Virus record (IMG/VR): IMGVR_UViG_3300037313_001206
Location: 1 to 39,136 of that record
Reading direction: 5' to 3' (one strand)
DNA from: a virus
Lineage: Duplodnaviria > Caudoviricetes
Length of the DNA: 39,136 nucleotides
The notes under the pieces are model-generated. The model was not told the origin of the DNA. It saw only the letters and a program-made list of their open reading frames with translations, and made no database searches. Shown in pieces: positions 35,253 through 39,136 of this stretch (position 1 is its first letter; each line of letters opens with the position of its first letter). Both the position numbers and the translations under genes were made by a program.

Positions 35253-35256
35253 GTTT

Positions 35257-36351
35257 TTAAACTCCTTTACTGTTATAAACTCGTTCAAAGAACGCTTTGT
35301 ACTCTTGCCAGTGGTCTTCTAAGCGCCACTTGGTAAGCTCGACTTGGGCGTGGCTGACCTGCTGCCGCCGGAACTCGACATTGTATATAAGTTTCTCCAA
35401 GGCGTGCAGCCATGGGTAGTAGTGGTTGCTGACTTTCAATGTCACCGTATCAGGCAAATCGGCGTACGGGCCGACGTTACTGCAAATGGTCGCGGCACCC
35501 ATACGCGTGGCTTCCTGCCACTTGATGTTACTCTTCCCCTCGTTAAAGATGTTATTTAAGACTGGGACGATACAAATATCCATTTGGAGCGTTGGAAACA
35601 ACTCGGTCACCCACTTTTCGCCGCGTTTGCCGTCGTGGAAGTGAGTGCGGGCTTTCGGAGTGTTCATTGCCATGGGCATGTTGATGGTTTTGAAGTGAAG
35701 GTTACGGTCTTTCCGCATCAAGTGTTTGATAGCTTGGGTGACATGGCTCTGGTTGAGGTCGCCGAAGTGGCTGGCACCTCCGAAATAGCCAATCACGGTG
35801 CGCGGTGTGTTGTCGAACGGGGGATGCTGGTAACTATCGGGCAGGTAATTGGGCAGTACCCCCACCGTTTCGATGTCTTGCGTGCGACGAGCGCGGAAAA
35901 CGTCAGCCAACCGTTCAGTAGTGGTGGTAATCCACGCGACGTCTTTAATCATGTTCTGCATGTACCAGACCTGCTCGTGGCCGACTTTCGTCCAAAAGGG
36001 GTTATCGGGGTTGACGTGGAACAGATCATCATCCGCATCGAGCACGAATTGGGTGCCGAAACGGTCGTGCACTACTTTCATGAGCAGGTAAGCGGTGTAA
36101 TCGGGGAAGTAACTGCTCCACACGATGTCAAACTGACCGAGGTAAGTGGCGGCTCTCTCCAGCTCTTCTTCGGAGAAGTCTTTTTTGTCCTTGTACTTCT
36201 CGATGCCCCTAATGAACGTTGGCTGCTCCTCGATTTGCCAATCAACGTGCTTTTTGAGCTCCCGGAGGGGTCGGACGATACGCCACAAGTCCACGGCTGA
36301 CTCGGCCTGTTCAACACCCCACCCGATGGAATGGATTGCCAGTAGCTTCAT
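35257..36351 (-). CDS. Glycosyltransferase (GT-B, phage type)
   Basis: LWRIVRP, DADDDL, IGYFGGASHFGD, DICIVPV..NIFNEGKSNIKWQEA. Confidence 0.85.
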   Translation of the reverse strand: MKLLAIHSIGWGVEQAESAVDLWRIVRPLRELKKHVDWQIEEQPTFIRGIEKYKDKKDFSEEELERAATYLGQFDIVWSSYFPDYTAYLLMKVVHDRFGTQFVLDADDDLFHVNPDNPFWTKVGHEQVWYMQNMIKDVAWITTTTERLADVFRARRTQDIETVGVLPNYLPDSYQHPPFDNTPRTVIGYFGGASHFGDLNQSHVTQAIKHLMRKDRNLHFKTINMPMAMNTPKARTHFHDGKRGEKWVTELFPTLQMDICIVPVLNNIFNEGKSNIKWQEATRMGAATICSNVGPYADLPDTVTLKVSNHYYPWLHALEKLIYNVEFRRQQVSHAQVELTKWRLEDHWQEYKAFFERVYNSKGV

Positions 36352-36412
36352 GCTACGCCCCAAAGATGAGAGTTAGGAGGAGCAGTATGATAATTAACCA
36401 TAGCATAGCCAG

Positions 36413-36631
36413 TCATGATCTCCGGTACCGGTTAAGTTTTGCTTCCATTCGCGTCGCTAGTTCAGCGAGCGTGGCACAACCATTCATGGGTGCGAACGGC
36501 GCCTCGGCCGGGGCGTCTTCGTCATACGCGAGATAAGCAGCTGACCACTGCCCGTACACGTCCCGGTTAATCGTCAGGAAGTAGCGGGTGTCGCCATCGG
36601 TGACGTAGCTCGGCAATTCTTCAATATTCAA
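36413..36631 (-). CDS. Hypothetical protein
   Basis: 72 aa, GAGG RBS. Confidence 0.6.
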   Translation of the reverse strand: MNIEELPSYVTDGDTRYFLTINRDVYGQWSAAYLAYDEDAPAEAPFAPMNGCATLAELATRMEAKLNRYRRS

Positions 36632-37152
36632 GACCAGTCCTCGTGTTCTTCACCCATGTAATCACGGATTTTGAGCTCGTACTCCAAACTTTTGGCTTGG
36701 TCATGCGTGCGGTTGGCTTCAATGAGGTGGTAGCGGAGTTCGGCCAGCCCGCGGTCTTTGAGCTGGCGTTCAATCTGGATGATGGTGTGTTCGGCCATGG
36801 CCCGCTTAGAGTTACTGTGGTGGTGCCGGGCAATGACTTTCATGCGCCGCAAATCGAGGTAGCGTGATTCGTCGAAGCCCGCGTTGTAACTGCTGCTGAC
36901 GACACCGGCTGGAAGGTCGGTGGTACCAATGAGTTCGGCTTTGACGTACTTGGGGTCGCACCAACTTGGGTCGGTGGCTTCCGCCGCTAGTTCCTGGTGC
37001 TTGTAACGGTAGTAGAAGGTACCGTCGTCATAAATATAGAAAGGACTCGGAAGTATTTTCCGAGCCGCTTCCTTACTGGTTGCCGCTACGATTGCTGAAT
37101 CATAGGTATACCAACCGGTGTTGCGCGACTGAGACAACTTGTAGAGTTTCAT
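36628..37152 (-). CDS. Hypothetical protein, apparent two-domain fusion
   Basis: N-terminal MKLYKL...YDSAIVAA...SYNAG phage module plus a helical C-terminus. Confidence 0.65.
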   Translation of the reverse strand: MKLYKLSQSRNTGWYTYDSAIVAATSKEAARKILPSPFYIYDDGTFYYRYKHQELAAEATDPSWCDPKYVKAELIGTTDLPAGVVSSSYNAGFDESRYLDLRRMKVIARHHHSNSKRAMAEHTIIQIERQLKDRGLAELRYHLIEANRTHDQAKSLEYELKIRDYMGEEHEDWS

Positions 37153-37461
37153 TTAATCAGTGGTGTAGTGGGCGCGTGCCGGGTTGCCATTAGGGTTGAC
37201 GCGAACTTCCGGGCCAGCCTCTGACTGGTCAATCAAATCGCCCTGCGTCTGGACTTCACTCATGTCGTCCAGTTCCAAAATATGCAACACTTCATCCACC
37301 GACCGGCGATACACTCGCGCAATGTCTTGAATTGAGCCCTGTCCAAACTGGTAGTGGACTTTAATCTTGTCCTCGTCAGTCTTCGCGGCAGCTAAAGCCT
37401 TGCTCGCTTCATCACGAGCTTTTGACACTCGTTCGCGCTCTACGTTATCGTTCTCAGCCAT
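37153..37461 (-). CDS. HTH-like protein
   Basis: SIQDIARVYRRSVDEVLHIL, AAGGAG RBS. Confidence 0.6.
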   Translation of the reverse strand: MAENDNVERERVSKARDEASKALAAAKTDEDKIKVHYQFGQGSIQDIARVYRRSVDEVLHILELDDMSEVQTQGDLIDQSEAGPEVRVNPNGNPARAHYTTD

Positions 37462-37473
37462 TGGTCATTCTCC

Positions 37474-37674
37474 TTATTTGTCGTTACGACTAGGTTTTAG
37501 AGAGGAAAACCTATTCTCGTTAAGCTTACCAGGCGCGTTGGCCTTTAGCAAGGCTTGCCCATCGCGTGTCTCTTTGGTGCCATAGGCCTGGACTTGCGGG
37601 GGTTGCGGGTACTGGATTGTCCCGTACGGGTCAGCCATGTTGGGGTCTGATCGCCGGGGAAAATTCGTTGCCAT
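37474..37674 (-). CDS. Small hypothetical protein
   Basis: 66 aa, TAATG-coupled. Confidence 0.6.
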   Translation of the reverse strand: MATNFPRRSDPNMADPYGTIQYPQPPQVQAYGTKETRDGQALLKANAPGKLNENRFSSLKPSRNDK

Positions 37675-37832
37675 TACTTGCCTTTCTTGAAGCCGGGGTT
37701 GGCGCGGTGGGCATTGATTGCCTTACCGACAATGTGCTTGCCGCTGACCACCTGAATACCGCTGTTTGGGTTGCTGCCGACTTTGTGTGGAAGCTTCACC
37801 GATGACATACCATTCGTACTCTTGATGCCCAT
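37674..37832 (-). CDS. Small basic K/G-rich protein
   Basis: MGIKSTNG...GFKKGK, AAGGT RBS. Confidence 0.6.
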   Translation of the reverse strand: MGIKSTNGMSSVKLPHKVGSNPNSGIQVVSGKHIVGKAINAHRANPGFKKGK

Positions 37833-37833
37833 A

Positions 37834-38019
37834 TTACTTACCTTTCTTTCCGTGGTAATTACTTTGACCGGGGGCGGCGCCCTTCTTCCGGGCAATCGCC
37901 CCAATGACAGCGCCCGGCACGCCTTTGGCTTTCAGTTGCGCGGCGCGGCCGCCGTAGCCGAGTTTGTTACTCTTGCCGCGATAGCTGCCGGTCTTCTTGG
38001 TTGATTTACTTGTTGTCAT
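37834..38019 (-). CDS. Small basic K/G-rich protein
   Basis: MTTSKSTKK...HGKKGK, AAGGA RBS. Confidence 0.65.
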   Translation of the reverse strand: MTTSKSTKKTGSYRGKSNKLGYGGRAAQLKAKGVPGAVIGAIARKKGAAPGQSNYHGKKGK

Positions 38020-38078
38020 TACGTCCTTGGTGGGGCGGAATTGCACCGCCCCTGTTTAGTTAGCTAGTAACTCAAAAG

Positions 38079-38999
38079 CTATGGCGTAGCACCAGTCTTG
38101 ATGTTAATCAACCACGCTGAGTTCAGCGTCTTACAGACGTAGTTAGCGGCCCACGATACCAAGCTGAAACGTCCAGCTGGGTTGCCGGAGTCAATTTGGG
38201 TGTGGGGGATGATGTACAGCTGCGGGCCATCGCCGGTCAGGTTAATGCACCCGAAGGCGTCGGAACCGTGAATGAAGTTAGAGTACACCGTCGTGGTGCT
38301 GGACTCAGATTTCTGGTTCGGGCTTTCCAGGAAGCGGACACCGAGAATCTTACCGATTTCACCGTTGTACAGCTTTTCAGCGCCGTTGTCGTAAATGTCG
38401 GCGTTAATGAATGTGGTGTCACTGGTCAAGTCGTAGCTCGTGTCCGGACCAATCTTGCCAAGCCATGGGGCAACCGGGTCTTGGTAGCGGCGGGCCTTGT
38501 TCTTCTTTAAGGTGCGAACAGCCTTCCGAATTTCGCTGACTGACAGCACGTCGGAAGCGGCCACGGCGGTCAAGGCTGCCTTACCACCGGCAAACTGGAC
38601 GGTCGCGCCGGTGAACAGCTCGTTACGGGTCAGTTCATCGAGCGTTTCGCCCATGTTCTGACCAACGACTTCGATCTTCTCTTTGTTGTTCTGGTCGATG
38701 GAAGTCAGGGCCAAGAAACGGCTAATACGGACGGTGTTACCGTACTCAGCGAGCGTCGCGCTCACCGTGGTGGCCGTCAGGTTGACTTCAGCCGGGTTGA
38801 CGCCTTCAGTCAGCGCGGTGGTGGCCGTTGCCAACGGGGTGTGACGGGTAAAGTAGACCGTCTTACCTTCGTTAGCGGGCATGTCACGCATCTGGGCGCC
38901 CTGGTTAAAGATGTACTCGTACTCTGCCCGAGCCAGGAAGACCTTCTCGTAGTAGGTACTCATTTCCGACGTCAGGCCGGAGGTTGTCTGTGCAGACAT
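38079..38999 (-). CDS. Major capsid protein, N4-gp56-like
   Basis: MPANEGKTVYFTR...ALTEGVNP...LAEYG...NGEIGKILGVRFLES. Confidence 0.92.
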   Translation of the reverse strand: MSAQTTSGLTSEMSTYYEKVFLARAEYEYIFNQGAQMRDMPANEGKTVYFTRHTPLATATTALTEGVNPAEVNLTATTVSATLAEYGNTVRISRFLALTSIDQNNKEKIEVVGQNMGETLDELTRNELFTGATVQFAGGKAALTAVAASDVLSVSEIRKAVRTLKKNKARRYQDPVAPWLGKIGPDTSYDLTSDTTFINADIYDNGAEKLYNGEIGKILGVRFLESPNQKSESSTTTVYSNFIHGSDAFGCINLTGDGPQLYIIPHTQIDSGNPAGRFSLVSWAANYVCKTLNSAWLINIKTGATP

Positions 39000-39136
39000 G
39001 CGGGGTTACTCCTCAAGTATTACGCCCCGTTTACCGTTTAGCAAAGCCCAGACGCTCTTCCATCTCCTTGATTGACAGGTCTTTAAAGTCCTTCTCTTTC
39101 GGAGCGGCGTGCGTCGTTGCATTGCCGCGTGGTACG
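38992..39136. repeat. Terminal direct repeat / circular overlap (copy 2)
   Basis: Matches 1-145 with one mismatch. Confidence 0.97.

Noticed and set aside
1-39136. Stop-codon recoding (code 25 or 15)
   Set aside because: Core genes are intact under code 11, TGA and TAG stops abut the next starts, and most gaps are explained by sub-60-aa ORFs or structured RNA.

Overview
Apparently complete ~39.0 kb circular or circularly permuted tailed-phage genome. The ends overlap by 145 bp with one synonymous mismatch. The minus strand carries the packaging and structural arm: TerS, PBSX-type TerL, portal, scaffold, then across the junction an N4-gp56-like major capsid, a four-gene nucleotide-sugar/glycosyltransferase cassette, fibres, adaptor, nozzle, ejection proteins, a LamG fibre, an endolysin and a holin. 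No tape measure or tail tube is evident, so it is probably a podovirus. The plus strand carries small early/middle ORFs (YopX, HAD, HNH-like, VRR-NUC, SSB, HTH). I recognise no integrase, polymerase, primase, helicase or Rep protein. A KGG-repeat protein suggests a Saccharibacteria (CPR) host (inference). The most unusual content is non-coding. (i) A ~1.3 kb region (7380-8660) between the divergent arms holds a ~600-nt structured RNA with a short cis-antisense RNA at its 5' end, a ~160-nt rod-like RNA, and three head-to-tail promoter-sRNA-terminator cassettes. One cassette loop is complementary to the RBS/start of the first gene of the SSB operon. (ii) At least six tRNA-like or T-arm RNAs with non-canonical anticodon regions lie at three loci. 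All structures were folded by eye and protein calls rest on motif recognition, with no database searches.
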